A stretch of DNA of 64,000 bases from Vitrella brassicaformis CCMP3155 (taxonomy: Eukaryota > Protista > Chromerida), in the NCBI GenBank assembly GCA_001179505.1, contig CDMY01000308.1:1-64000 (forward strand), read 5' to 3'. Positions 10,444-21,169 of this stretch are shown here, piece after piece; the stretch's first letter is position 1; the number at the start of each line of letters is the position of its first letter. Under the pieces are notes generated by a model. That model ran no database searches and was not told the origin of the DNA. It saw nothing but the letters and a program-made list of their open reading frames with translations. Made by a program: the position numbers and the translations under genes.

Positions 10444-12302
10444 TCAGTTAATGCCAAGCGACACCCACTGGCCCCCCTCGTCGATGCGGCCCAGCTGCTG
10501 CCACCCACCAAACTCACAGTCGTCATTGCCCAGATGAGTGTTGAAGCCCTTGTCGATGGCCCCCTCCTCTATGCCGTGTCGGGCCGCCTCGTCCAGCTGG
10601 GCCCTGTGGACCACCTCACGCAGCCCCAGCCGCCTGTGGCCACCATAATGCCCTCCGTTGACAGCGAAGCACTGCAGCGGCACCCGCACCATCTGGCCGC
10701 CCATATTGGCCATGCCGCCCACCACCTCCCTGTTGCTGCTGGCCTCGAACACAGCCGACTTGACAAAGTGCTCCGCTGCTGCCGTTACGCGACGGGCGAG
10801 TGTGCTGTTGCGGATGCCAATGCTGCCGCTGATGGCCTCACTGGCAGCGTCTTGGTCGAAGCACATGGCGGCGATCTTCCAGCCGATGGCCTCTGCCTCG
10901 TGTGGGCCATAGCCAGGGGGGGCGGGGAGGAGGGGGGCGGCGGGCGGATTGGCAGGAGTGGTGCCAGTGTGAGGGGGCTGCAGCAGGTGGGGCAGGAGGG
11001 CGGGCAGGGACTTCATGAGGAACGCCGCGAGGCCACGTTGAGGCCGCATGGCGGCATTCACCGCTGCAATCGTCGTAGTGGGCAGCTCGTTGAGCACTGT
11101 TGTGTACTGGGGCAGCACCAGCTGACGGCATTGACGCTCCTTGTCGGTGGCTGTGGGCATGCGGTCGATGTCCGCCCCGCTTCTCAGGAGTGTGCGGATG
11201 ACCGCCTCGTAGAGGGGAATCTCGCTGGTGGCTGTGTCCCTGGTGAGCTGAGGCATGGTGTCATCTTGGGAGGCCTGAACCGCCCAATCGAGCCCTGAGC
11301 CGGCGAAGACGAGCGGCGTCTTATTGGGGTCAAGCGGCATTCCTTTGTTGATCTCCGCTGGTGGCGCGTGGCGGCACAGGAAGTCGGCAACGCAGGGAGA
11401 GGGGACCCGTGCCGCCAGGTGCAGGGGCGTCCATCCGTGGCGGCCTTGTGCGGTTAGGCTGGCGCCATTGGCCACCAGCAGGTCCAGGTAGGCATCAACG
11501 AAGGCCTGGGAATATTGCCCCATCTCGCGGCAGGCCGCGTCGTGCACCAGATTGCAGCCGAGGCCGTCACCTCCTTGTTCCGTTGCGAGTGTGGCGTCGT
11601 TCTGGATGAGCCGCCGATAGATCGATAACAGCCGCCGCTCGTAGTCGAGGGGCACCCGACGGCCAATTCGGGCGGCAATGGCATCGGGCAGCGACATGAC
11701 GAAGCTATCGAAGTCGTCGACTTCTTGGCGGACAGCAGCGCCGCGCGCCAACAGGACACTGACGGCCTCATCATTGCCTCCACAGATCGCCACCCTCATC
11801 GGCCTTGAGGCAGCGTCGACCGCCAAGCCGATGTCGGCGCCGCCATCGATCTGTGACATCACAGACACAGACAACACTGGATGGGCGTCTGTAAGGTCGT
11901 GAGTCTCTGGTATCTGCTGACCAGGGCGTTGATGATGGCCGCTTCCAACTGGCGGGACGGCCATTGGGGAAGACTGATTGGATGAGCACGCCATTCGTTG
12001 TCAATCGCCCAGCGGGACGTCATGGCGATGCCGCTTAAATCATCGATAGCCAGCGACAGCAGCCGATACGCCATCCCACGTGAACAGCCCCGCGCCCGCA
12101 GCCCTGGAAGACTTTTCGCGTCGGCCCCATCGTGCTGAATCAGCTGTTTCACTTCCTGCTCGTCAGCGAAGGCCCGACAGATGATGCCGCCGCCCAGCCT
12201 TCTCGTGGCCTCGCTGGTGCCCGGGGCGTACATGACGTCAACGTCCTCCAGACGGTACCCGGTGGCATCAGGCCGCCGCTGGCCTTGTGCACCGGCAGCC
12301 AT
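10444..12302 (-). CDS. Ankyrin-repeat protein of a lineage-expanded family (paralogue 1)
   Basis: ATG 12302 (MAAGAQGQ). One intron at ~11852-11924 joins NAL|IDGGADI. Ankyrin repeats include GWTPLHLAA, TPLVFAG and LLRSGADID. The conserved C-terminus RLGLREVVHRAQLDEAA...WQQLGRIDEGGQWVSLGIN* is shared with the paralogue at 52689. Confidence 0.85.
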
Positions 12303-12589
12303 CAGCACGGCGCTCTACATGCATCGCCACACGTGGCACAGGGAGTATGGGATTTCTGGCCTCTCATTCTCTCGTGTCCGCTGCCCACCTCAAGGCTGGC
12401 CTCAAGGTTGCCTCAAGGAGTGATGCAAGTCACGCAAAGCCCGCTTTGCTGTCCACCATCGCCATAACTCGTGACTGTATTGCACGCAGTGGCCATTGTG
12501 TGGAGCAATGCATCGTTTCGCAAATCTTAGCTCGCGTCGGGCGAGTGACGGTTTCACGCAATGCCCTAAGCATCCTAATTCGCGGAGCC

Positions 12590-14919
12590 ATGTGGACGAG
12601 CAGCCTTGAGGGCCTGACCTTCTTCCAGCCTCCCATCGTCCCTCCCTCGTCTCCCAACCAACACACAGACACTATTGGCACAGACACCACCCAGCCAGAT
12701 CCGCCCACCCCCTCCTCGCCGATCACCCTCAGCCACGCACGGCAGGCGCCAGCTTACGGTGGCAGTGCTCTCTCATCGGCTCCGTCCCACAATGACGCCT
12801 ACGGCTACGGCTACGGAGATCCATCGTCGTATGTGTACCGAGACGTGTCTGCGGCTTACGCGCCCACGTCGCTCGCCTCATCTGAAGTGGGCTCGCCCCG
12901 GTTCAGAGCTGCCAATGGGCAGCACACGAGAAGAGTCGTCTTTGAGGTGAGCACGAGAGGCTGGGAGGGGAAGATCTTGGGGCGGCACAGGCACGTCTCG
13001 ATGCATCTGTGTGTGCGCAGGTGGTGTGCGAGTCGACGTGGAAGGAGGGCGTCAAGGTGGTGGGGTCCATCCCTGCGTTGGGGGACTGGCAGGTCAGGGA
13101 CGGGCTGAGCCTCAAGACCGACACCGACCTCTACCCCCTGTGGGTGTCAGCACCAGTGGAGGTCAGACAACACCAGTCGCCAATCGCCGGCCAGACGAGC
13201 ACTGAGTCCATGTGCCTGCCGTCTTTCTGTGTGTGTTGATGCATCATGGGTGCTTCCAGATCCCCGTCGGCGAGAAAGTGGTGAGGGGAAAGAACCCNNN
13301 NNNNNNNNNNNNNNNNNNNNNNNNNNNNNNNNNNNNNNNNNNNNNNNNNNNNNNNNNNNNNNNNNNNNNNNNNNNNNNNNNNNNNNNNNNNNNNNNNNNN
13401 NNNNNNNNNNNNNNNNNNNNNNNNNNNNNNNNNNNNNNNNNNNNNNNNNNNNNNNNNNNNNNNNNNNNNNNNNNNNNNNNNNNNNNNNNNNNNNNNNNNN
13501 NNNNNNNNNNNNNNNNNNNNNNNNNNNNNNNNNNNNNNNNNNNNNNNNNNNNNNNNNNNNNNNNNNNNNNNNNNNNNNNNNNNNNNNNNNNNNNNNNGGG
13601 GAAAAAACCCCCCCCCCCCCCCCCCGCTGATACACACGAACATGTGATCTTCTCTGTATTCAATATGCAGGAGTACAAGTACGTCAAGTGTGCCGGCCCG
13701 ACCAGCGACCTGACCATCACGTGGGAGCGCGAGAAAGAGGGTGAGGGCAACAGGTGCATCACGCTCCCGGCGGACCAGGACGACTGCCAAAAGGAGCGGC
13801 TGCGTCGCTTCACCAAGCTGGAGCCTCTCCACGAGATGTGGGACAGCGACCAATGGCATGGCGAGATGGAGGTCGACGTCAGGGAGGACGACCGGGCGGC
13901 CGACTATGTCACCATCCACGACTCGGCCTTCAACACCAATGGGTGCGCCAGTGACTGTCTGCATGAATGACTGTCTGCATGAATTCATCAGTTGACGCCT
14001 TTCCGGATGTATGTGTGTGTGCAGTTGGGGAGAGAATGCGACGACTGAGGACATTGCTCTGGGTGTGAGCGCCAGGCTGAAGGGTGTGTGTCGCCGCTGG
14101 GCGGCGAGGCTGAGGCTCTCCGGGCTCAAAGCGCTCGATCCTGTGTCGGAGGCCATGGGACTCGACTGGTCAGCTGAGCCAACACACAACAGCACACATG
14201 GATGGATGGATGCACTTGCTCATGGACACACGTGGGGGTGGTTGGTTGTGCGTGTGTGTGGTGCTGCTCTGCAGGTTCGTTCGTCAGTTTATCATGAACC
14301 CGGCGCGTGTGGAGCCAACCATGGACCGACTCGGACAGGCACTGTAAGCCGCGCACACAAAACACAACAGAGAGAAAGCGACACCTGCCCACCCAAACAC
14401 GTCCTGTTCATCCATCTGTGTCTCCTGGCAGCACCATCTCCCACACCACGGTGCCAGACCACGCTGAGTGCGACGACGAGCAGGACGAGAAGGTCTCGCT
14501 CCTCTCCACACACGACCACTCGTCATCCTCAGCTGCCACCGACTGCCCCCCCTCCCGCCAGCCGTCACTCCTGGCCGACACCGGCCGTCAGAGACGCGAC
14601 AGGGGCAGCATCGTGTGGTGCGGCCTCGTCAGCGCGTTGGCGTCCACGAGTGAGCCGCTGCCTCTGTCCATCGCCCCTGAGGTGCTGGAGGGGAGGGCGG
14701 TGAGCGTCCCGGTGGAGCCACCACACGACTCGTATCTCGACTGCGTCGCGTGCCAGACCAAGATCGCCAAGAAACGTATGGGAAAGGAAACACAGCAACA
14801 ATGGCGTGTGCGCTATGTTGATGCGATGCGTTCGTTGTGTTGGTGTTCGTTGTCGTCGGTTGGTTGGTGCAGGTGAGGCGTTTCTTGCCCTGGAGGAGAA
14901 GGAAGGCTTCCTGCTCTAG
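12590..14919 (+). CDS. CBM20 (starch-binding domain) protein with uncharacterised C-terminal region
   Basis: Spliced CBM20: VVFE|VVCESTWKEGVKVVGSIPALGDWQVRDGLSLKTDTDLYPLW...IPVGEKV|EYKYVK...WEREKEGEGNRCITLP. The N-gap lies inside an intron. The last exon ends EAFLALEEKEGFLL* (TAG 14917-14919). Confidence 0.75.
13298..13597. other. Assembly gap (300 N)
   Basis: Run of N flanked by homopolymer tracts, within a CBM20 intron. Confidence 1.
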
Positions 14920-16813
14920 ATGTGGGTTGCGGTGCACATGGTGTCTGTCTCATGCGGCGTTTTGCCGATGTGCTTTTCTTTCGTTTCGTTTTCATGGTCA
15001 TTTTCCCTTGTTTGTTTCCACTCATCTGCATGTCAGGCCACTTGTCCATGCGACTCTCACTCACCATCACACGCATTCTGTGACGCCGTCCACCTGCTGG
15101 TTGCTTTCACCTTGGTCGCTGCACGGTAGATGTCTGTCTCTCTCTCTGTGTGTGTGTGTGTGTGCGTGTATGTGCGAATGCATGTGGACGATTGGCTGCA
15201 CATTGAGAGTGCCCCTCCATTGCCCAGCCCCCCTCCTGCCAATTTTTCTGGTGCGATGGAAACGTGGCGGCTCTCGTGTGTACGGTGTGTACGCATCGCG
15301 TGTTGTGTGTTTCATTCACTTACTGCTGCCCTTTTCTGTGCTTTGCTGAATGAACTCATGCTGTTCCTGCTGCTGTTGCTGGTGCTGCTGTTGTCTGTGA
15401 TTTGCCTTGTGTGTGTGTGTGTGTGTGTCGTCACTGTATGCGTCAAGTTTTGCCCGTCGAGTACACGCACGGACGCGGTTGACCACGGGATGGATTGGAC
15501 ACGCTCCATGAATCCGCGTGCGTGTCTGGGTGTGGGTGTGCATAATGCTCATGTGGGTAGGGTCATGAGGCTGGTGAAAGAGAGAGAGCGCACTTTTCGA
15601 TGGCACATGTAGAGGGCGAAAGGGCATAAAACATGTTGTGGTGGCTTATTGTTCCTAGCCCTTCGGTCTGTCACGGCCAGAATGTCGAGCGCCTCGGCTT
15701 GACACTCTGAACGTGACGCATCGCAGAGACAAAGGATGATGAAACCAACACCACCTACCCAAGACAGATCAACACACGTACGTGTCTAGCGTGTGTGTGT
15801 CGATGCGTGTGCATGTGTGTGTGTGTGTGTGTGGTTTCAAGCGTCTTTCTGCCGCGCATTTTTCGCGATCATCACTCAATGGCGTGATTGGTATGTGTGT
15901 GTACGTGTAGGCGTATGGTGCGATTACAGGGAAGAAGGGACGATGCAAAACGTACGGGATGGCTGCATGCACGGCGAGGGAGGGAGTTGTTGGGTCCTTT
16001 TTGTAACTAACAGACAAGAAACATAAGAGACACGCAGATGCTGAGAGCACCTACGATTGCAATGAGGACACGTCATGAGATGAAAGAGCGAGATCTGTTG
16101 ACGCCATCTGGTACAGTAGCTTGCCGGTGTGGCACCATGCACTGGCATGCACGCAATTCGCTTTCTTGGCAAAGGGACTTTTTCTCAGCATGAAACGGAC
16201 TTCGGTGTGGGCTGGATGAATGTCATCAGATGCCTCAGATGACTCAGCGGACCCTCCTATGAGACACCAATGGGCCTTTGCTGCCTCGCGTGAGAGCGTG
16301 ACTCAACCTCGGCAAGCAAACTCGCCTATTCGGTCGCAAATCGCCGTCGAGAATGGTTCATTTTCTGACAATCAGAATGCCTCTATTTCTCCATGGAGTC
16401 ACTCTTTCATCGGTCCGCTCTTTCATGTGTCTTGCGGTCATTTCGAGCCATGAGTGGTCGGCCCGAATGGCTGATTTGAGTCTGTTTGTGAGTTGCTTGG
16501 CTTATGCGGTCCATTTTGCTTGTGATCAGAGTGATCACAGTCACCAATGGGCTGATTGCTTGACAGAAATGATTGCTTTATGTGGTGATTGCTTTGTCAC
16601 ATGAATGAGACACGCGATAAGCAACCGAGACACGATGAGAATGGGCGATGGTGGTGTGCTGTGCTCCTCTCTGATGCGGCTCTGTACTCCTCGATCACTC
16701 ACTCATACATAAACATGCGTATACGGGTGACTGCTTCACTCACTAAGGGAGGGTCGACCCACCTGCTTGCCGGGCCGGAGAATGCCACACAGGTCATTTG
16801 TTGATCGCCGCTT

Positions 16814-17056
16814 ATGTGTTTGTGTGTGCAATGCCCTCGATCAGCGTCCAATGCGTTGGCCCACCCATGGTTCGCCGCCGGAGCCGCCCAGACACACAGC
16901 GCCGCCCCGCCGCCATCCGACCACCCGGAGCACTCGTCGATCGTCCGACAGCTCACACGGGAGCGACGGCGAATGAATGAGACACCGCACCGACCAACGA
17001 TGCCGCCAGCCATCGCACCGAGGCCATCGAGTGACGGAGGGGTGGATTGGCGGTGA
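16814..17056 (+). pseudogene. Possible orphan protein-kinase C-terminal fragment
   Basis: The frame reads ...CPRSASNALAHPWF..., resembling kinase subdomain XI (RxSAxxALxHPWF). No upstream kinase exons were recognised. Confidence 0.25.
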
Positions 17057-18054
17057 GTGACGGAGGCAGTGTGTGGAGCGGTAGACGGTGGCTGGGCGTG
17101 CTGGGCGCCATTGGTTCATCGATGGTGCGTGTTGTGTTGCGCGTCCATGTGTTTTGTGTCTGTGTGCATACAGACTTTTCCTGATCCATGTGATATATCG
17201 TCTTCTATGGATTGACCGCCATACTCAGACACAGTGAGTCAGTCGGTCAGTACGCCCTCGACGCGTCCACAAGCCGTGTCCGTCGAATGCCGCCAAATAC
17301 AAAACTGAGACACATGCTGACGAATCGGTCACCATATCGATGTGGTCGCGCGCGGCATCAGGACAATGGGCGATTGGATTGGATTGACAATCGAAGCGCG
17401 TCATTTACTTGATCCATGTAATATGCATGTCTCCCCCCCCCCCCCACACACACTCGATTGCTCCCCACCCAGCACGGAAGTGTCTGAACCGAACTACGCC
17501 CCCATCGACTCAGAAGAAAGAAAAGCTGCCTGCCGTCAGAAGCCCCGACAAAACAAAAACAAGACAGTGCAGGTAGGTGGTGAGTCGCATCTTGAGGCGT
17601 ATGGATGCGTTGCCGCCCACACACCTCCACGCACACATGGCATGCAGGTCCACAGAATAGAACCCCCCTGTCCCTGTCTGTTTCCGCATCTGTCTGTCTG
17701 TCTGTCTGTCGTCGTTCCCCCCGAGAAGTCTCTTGCTTACTCGGTCCCCACTGTATGTGTGTGTATGCACCGGATGCCGACGACGTCCGTCCCCTGCCCG
17801 AGCGGGGGGAGTGAAAAAATACAGCAAATAGAAAGTGGGGAGGGGGTGTAAGCAGCATTCAGTCAGTCTGTCTGTCTGTCTGTCTTGGCCTTTATCCCTC
17901 GCCCTCTTGGGTCTTCCCTATGAACGTATGAATGTATGCAAACCCGTCGCCTTCCCATACACACAGGTCAGTCTGTCAGCACAAATACACATCGCACGAT
18001 ATCCCCTCCCGCTTCACTCACTCACGAGCTGCAGGACTTGTGCTTCAATCACAA

Positions 18055-18979
18055 TCACGGAGCCCTCAGTCCCCTGCTCCTCGTCGCAGCTTCTTCCAGC
18101 GCTTCGACCTTCTTGATGAGCTCCTGGATCACGCTGAGCTGCGTGTAGAGGAGCTGCGTCATGTCCACAGCCGGCCGCTCATCCGGCTCGCCCTCGCTCT
18201 CTGCCTCCCCTGAAGCGACCTCGATGGAGCTGACCATGTTGGGTGCCACCTGCCCGTTCGCACACACACACAGACACACACAGACATATGTCGCGCGCAC
18301 ATAAGCTCCATCGACATGTGCTGAACGACACACACATCCGTCGAAGCACCTGCTTCACATCCGCGGCCGACAGACCCAAGACCCGCCCGGCGCTCTTGAT
18401 CTCCAGCCTCTTGATCAACTCAATGGCTGCCGACCGCTGGCCGGCGTCCTGCGCTGACATGTCCGCAGATTCGCTCGTCTCGATGTGGTACGTCCCCGCG
18501 ACCATGGATCTGCTGTGAGTGGTATCGCCGCAAGTGCACCTTTTTTCCGCAAAAACATGACCAGCGTACAGGCCATTTTCTACGAGACAATTGTCAGCCG
18601 CCATCAGGTCATCTGCACACATCACACAACATTCAGTGGACAGACGCAGACAGCAACAGACGACGGCAACGCCCGCCGCGCAGCATGGCTATTGATGATA
18701 GGATCAGGGCCCACTCACTCACCCCTGGCACAGATGTCGCCGCTTTTGATCGAATGCCCCGAATGGCAATATTCGCCGATGGAATCGGCCTTCAAGGACT
18801 GTAAGTAAGGCCAAGGAAACAAACGCACTGCCGCTGAATGAGCGAGAACAGCACAGCGATCTCACCTGGATGGACCCCTCGACTTGGAGGTCTTTGTCAA
18901 TAATTTGAGCTGGAGCTGAGTGAACGCCCGAGAAGGTGATAGCAAGGACGGCGACGAACACTCCCAAAGAAAGCGTCAT
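18055..18979 (-). CDS. Secreted protein with short beta-repeat-like N-terminal part and a peptidase-S74/intramolecular-chaperone-like C-terminal domain
   Basis: Four exons (18979-18866, 18798-18723, ~18612-18350, 18249-18055) splice in frame. Signal peptide MTLSLGVFVAVLAITFSGVHSA. C-terminus reads AIELIKRLEIK...GLSAADVKQ|VAPNMV...VDMTQLLYTQLSVIQELIKKVEALEE. Confidence 0.6.
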
Positions 18980-19365
18980 GGTGGAGTGGAAGGCGACGGC
19001 GACAAGAAAGCTGTTGGCGCAGCGAGTGAGAATGGGGGGCAAGTGGAGGGGAGGGGAGGATGGAGGGGGAGGATGGACGGATGGATCTGTGGTTGGATCT
19101 GGGCGGCTCCGCCGCTGAAGCCTTTTAGCGCTAACGCTAAAGAGTGTACGCGGTGGGAGGTTCGTAAATTAACGCTAAGAGAACGAGGAGAGAGGTTAGT
19201 GGAGAGAGAGGTTAGTGGCCACTCACTGCATGATACGCAAATGCATGCATGGCTGGTGGTGGTGGGTTTTGACGCCGTCCATTAGCAGTAGCTGAAGCAT
19301 GCACACACAGACCCCCCGGTTTGTGAGCCACACACCACAGGCTCACTCATCGGTCGTCTGTGCAG

Positions 19366-19535
19366 CTCTTTGGCTGCCAGCCGTCGCCCGCATCGACACG
19401 TCGGAGCGTCCCGTGGGCGGCGAGGAGGGTGCGGCGAGATTCCCCGAGACAGTGAGGGTGGTGGAGCAGGTGATGGGGGACGACGCACAGGTGGTGTTCG
19501 GCGATGAGTTGGAGCTGTAGACTGACTGATCGGCT
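19366..19535 (+). pseudogene. Orphan 3'-terminal fragment of F-box-like family B
   Basis: Encodes TSERPVGGEEGAARFPETVRVVEQVMGDDAQVVFGDELEL*, closely matching the C-termini at 26.2-26.35 kb and 29.66-29.79 kb. It also shares the downstream GTAGACTGACTGATC with the 29.78-kb copy. Confidence 0.8.
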
Positions 19536-19590
19536 GGCTGGTGCATGTGTGCCCGAGTCTCTGTGTTTCTGTGTAAGCTCACCTGGTCTC

Positions 19591-19730
19591 TCTGCGCCAA
19601 CAGCTTTCTTGTCGCCGTCGCGTTCCACTCCACCATGACGCTTTCTTTGGGAGTGTTTGTCGCCGTCCTTGCCATCGCCTTCTCGGGCGTCCACTCAGCT
19701 CATATTATCAACGACAAGCTCCACACAGGC
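19591..19730 (+). pseudogene. Inverted duplicate of the 5' leader and exon 1 of the gene at 18055-18979
   Basis: CTGCGCCAACAGCTTTCTTGTCGCCGTCGC...ATGACGCTTTCTTTGGGAGTG... is nearly identical to the reverse complement of 18915-19024 and encodes MTLSLGVFVAVLAIAFSGVHSAHII. No downstream exons recognised. Confidence 0.8.
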
Positions 19731-20253
19731 CGATTCAGTGTAGTTAGTTTGTCTGTGTGTGTGTTGATTTGCGAACGGGATGTCGTGACGACTGACTGTC
19801 TTCATCTCGAGCTCACACACACGATGTGTGTGCATTCATTCGCGCATACAAGCTGCTATCATTATGAACACCCCCGTCCCCCATCCCTACCCTGCACAGA
19901 CAGACAGACAGACAGACAGCTTAGAGTGGAAGGTCATAAACCGAGTAGAGAGACGCCCGCCTATTGCACATGTATGTATACACACAGCCATTCGGAGAGA
20001 AAAAGGGCGAGGTAATCTGCCCACACGCCACGCGCCCTTTGTTGTCTGTCTGTATATACACACCCAGCCAGCCGCACTCGATGGCCGCTCACTGGCAGCA
20101 GAAGAGGTGCACAGACGACTGATGAATGAGCCGGCTGTGTGTGGCTCACTCATCTGTCGTGAGTGCGCGACTCATTGCCAGCAGACCACCAACGTATGTA
20201 TATGCATCGATGAATAATAAGATAGTCATACCCGCCCTCCCTCCCTCCCACCC

Positions 20254-20577
20254 TTACTCCCAAGCTACTGGCCGCCTTTCATGGCGTTCTTGATGGCACT
20301 GTCGACGAGTGACGAGTGTGCGTGCCTCGTCAACATCCATCGTGCCACCCAGCTGGGCCATGAGTGATCCCCGTATCTCGCCCTCGTCCTTGCCCTCAGC
20401 CCACATCTCTGAGGCCTGGTAGTAGATGTGCTGGCGGCGGCGGATGTTGGTGTTGGTGATCCTCTGGCCTCTTGCGCCCGCCACCTCCTCCTCCTGCTGC
20501 TGCTGCTGCTGCTTGTAGAGGCGGTAGGCTTGTATGAACTGGAGGCGGGTGTACTGGGGGCCTGTGTTGGGTGCCAT
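20254..20577 (-). CDS. Small hypothetical protein with poly-Gln/Glu stretch
   Basis: Single 107-aa ORF with coding-like codon usage, flanked by microsatellite-type non-coding sequence. Confidence 0.4.
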   Translation of the reverse strand: MAPNTGPQYTRLQFIQAYRLYKQQQQQQEEEVAGARGQRITNTNIRRRQHIYYQASEMWAEGKDEGEIRGSLMAQLGGTMDVDEARTLVTRRQCHQERHERRPVAWE

Positions 20578-21169
20578 TGGGCCATCGATGAGGCCTCGAT
20601 GGCCATGTGTGTGTGTCTGTGTACTGTATGTACATAGAGACTCATATATATCGATGCCAACGAATCCAATACGATGGCGTTTTCATTGCCATGGAGTCAC
20701 CGTCCATCCATCCAGTGCCATGTCCAACCATCCATCCATCCCCCCGCAGTCACTCACTGCCCACATCTCAGTGAGTGAGTGAGTGAGTCAGCCAGCCTGC
20801 CTCGTGGACATACACTTCATCCATCCATGGATGCCATGTGCTGTTGTCGCGTCCAAGCTTGCCTTCTGCCCGCCCTCACTCGACCGACGACCACCGACAC
20901 ACCAGTGAGTGTATGGATGGACTCTGTGGCTGGTCGGTCGGGTGAGGGGAAAGGCAGCGGCAGGTAGCAGCAGACAGAGGGGAGGCAGGTATGTAACGCC
21001 ATAGGTATGGCCGTGAGAAAACAGACGATAGATACGTGAGGCTGCAGATAGCTAGGAAAGACACGCACATCAGCCGGACGGACGAGCATTCATCCATCCG
21101 CCAAGACGACCATGTATAAAAATTGCAGATGCTGTGTGCCTGCTGCCCCTCATCCCCTGATCTCGGCCG

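Larger units (their letters stand above)
19323..20149. repeat. Segment bounded by ~75-bp imperfect inverted repeats (19323-19396 / 20077-20149) containing two gene fragments
   Basis: Left arm GTGAGCCACACACCACAGGCTCACTCATCGGTCGTCTGTGCAGCTCTTTGGCTGCCAG matches the reverse complement of the right arm (GTGAGCCACACACAGCCGGCTCATTCATCAGTCGTCTGTGCACCTCTTCTGCTGCCAG). No target-site duplication seen. Confidence 0.7.

Noticed and set aside
13131-14195. ORFs spanning the first N-gap
   Set aside because: They are open only because X codons bridge the gap. The gap lies in an intron of the CBM20 gene.
15130-15612. 160-aa ORF with an apparent transmembrane segment (LLLLLVLLLSVICLVCVCVCV)
   Set aside because: The hydrophobicity comes from (CTG)n and (GT)n microsatellites. 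No splice or codon support.
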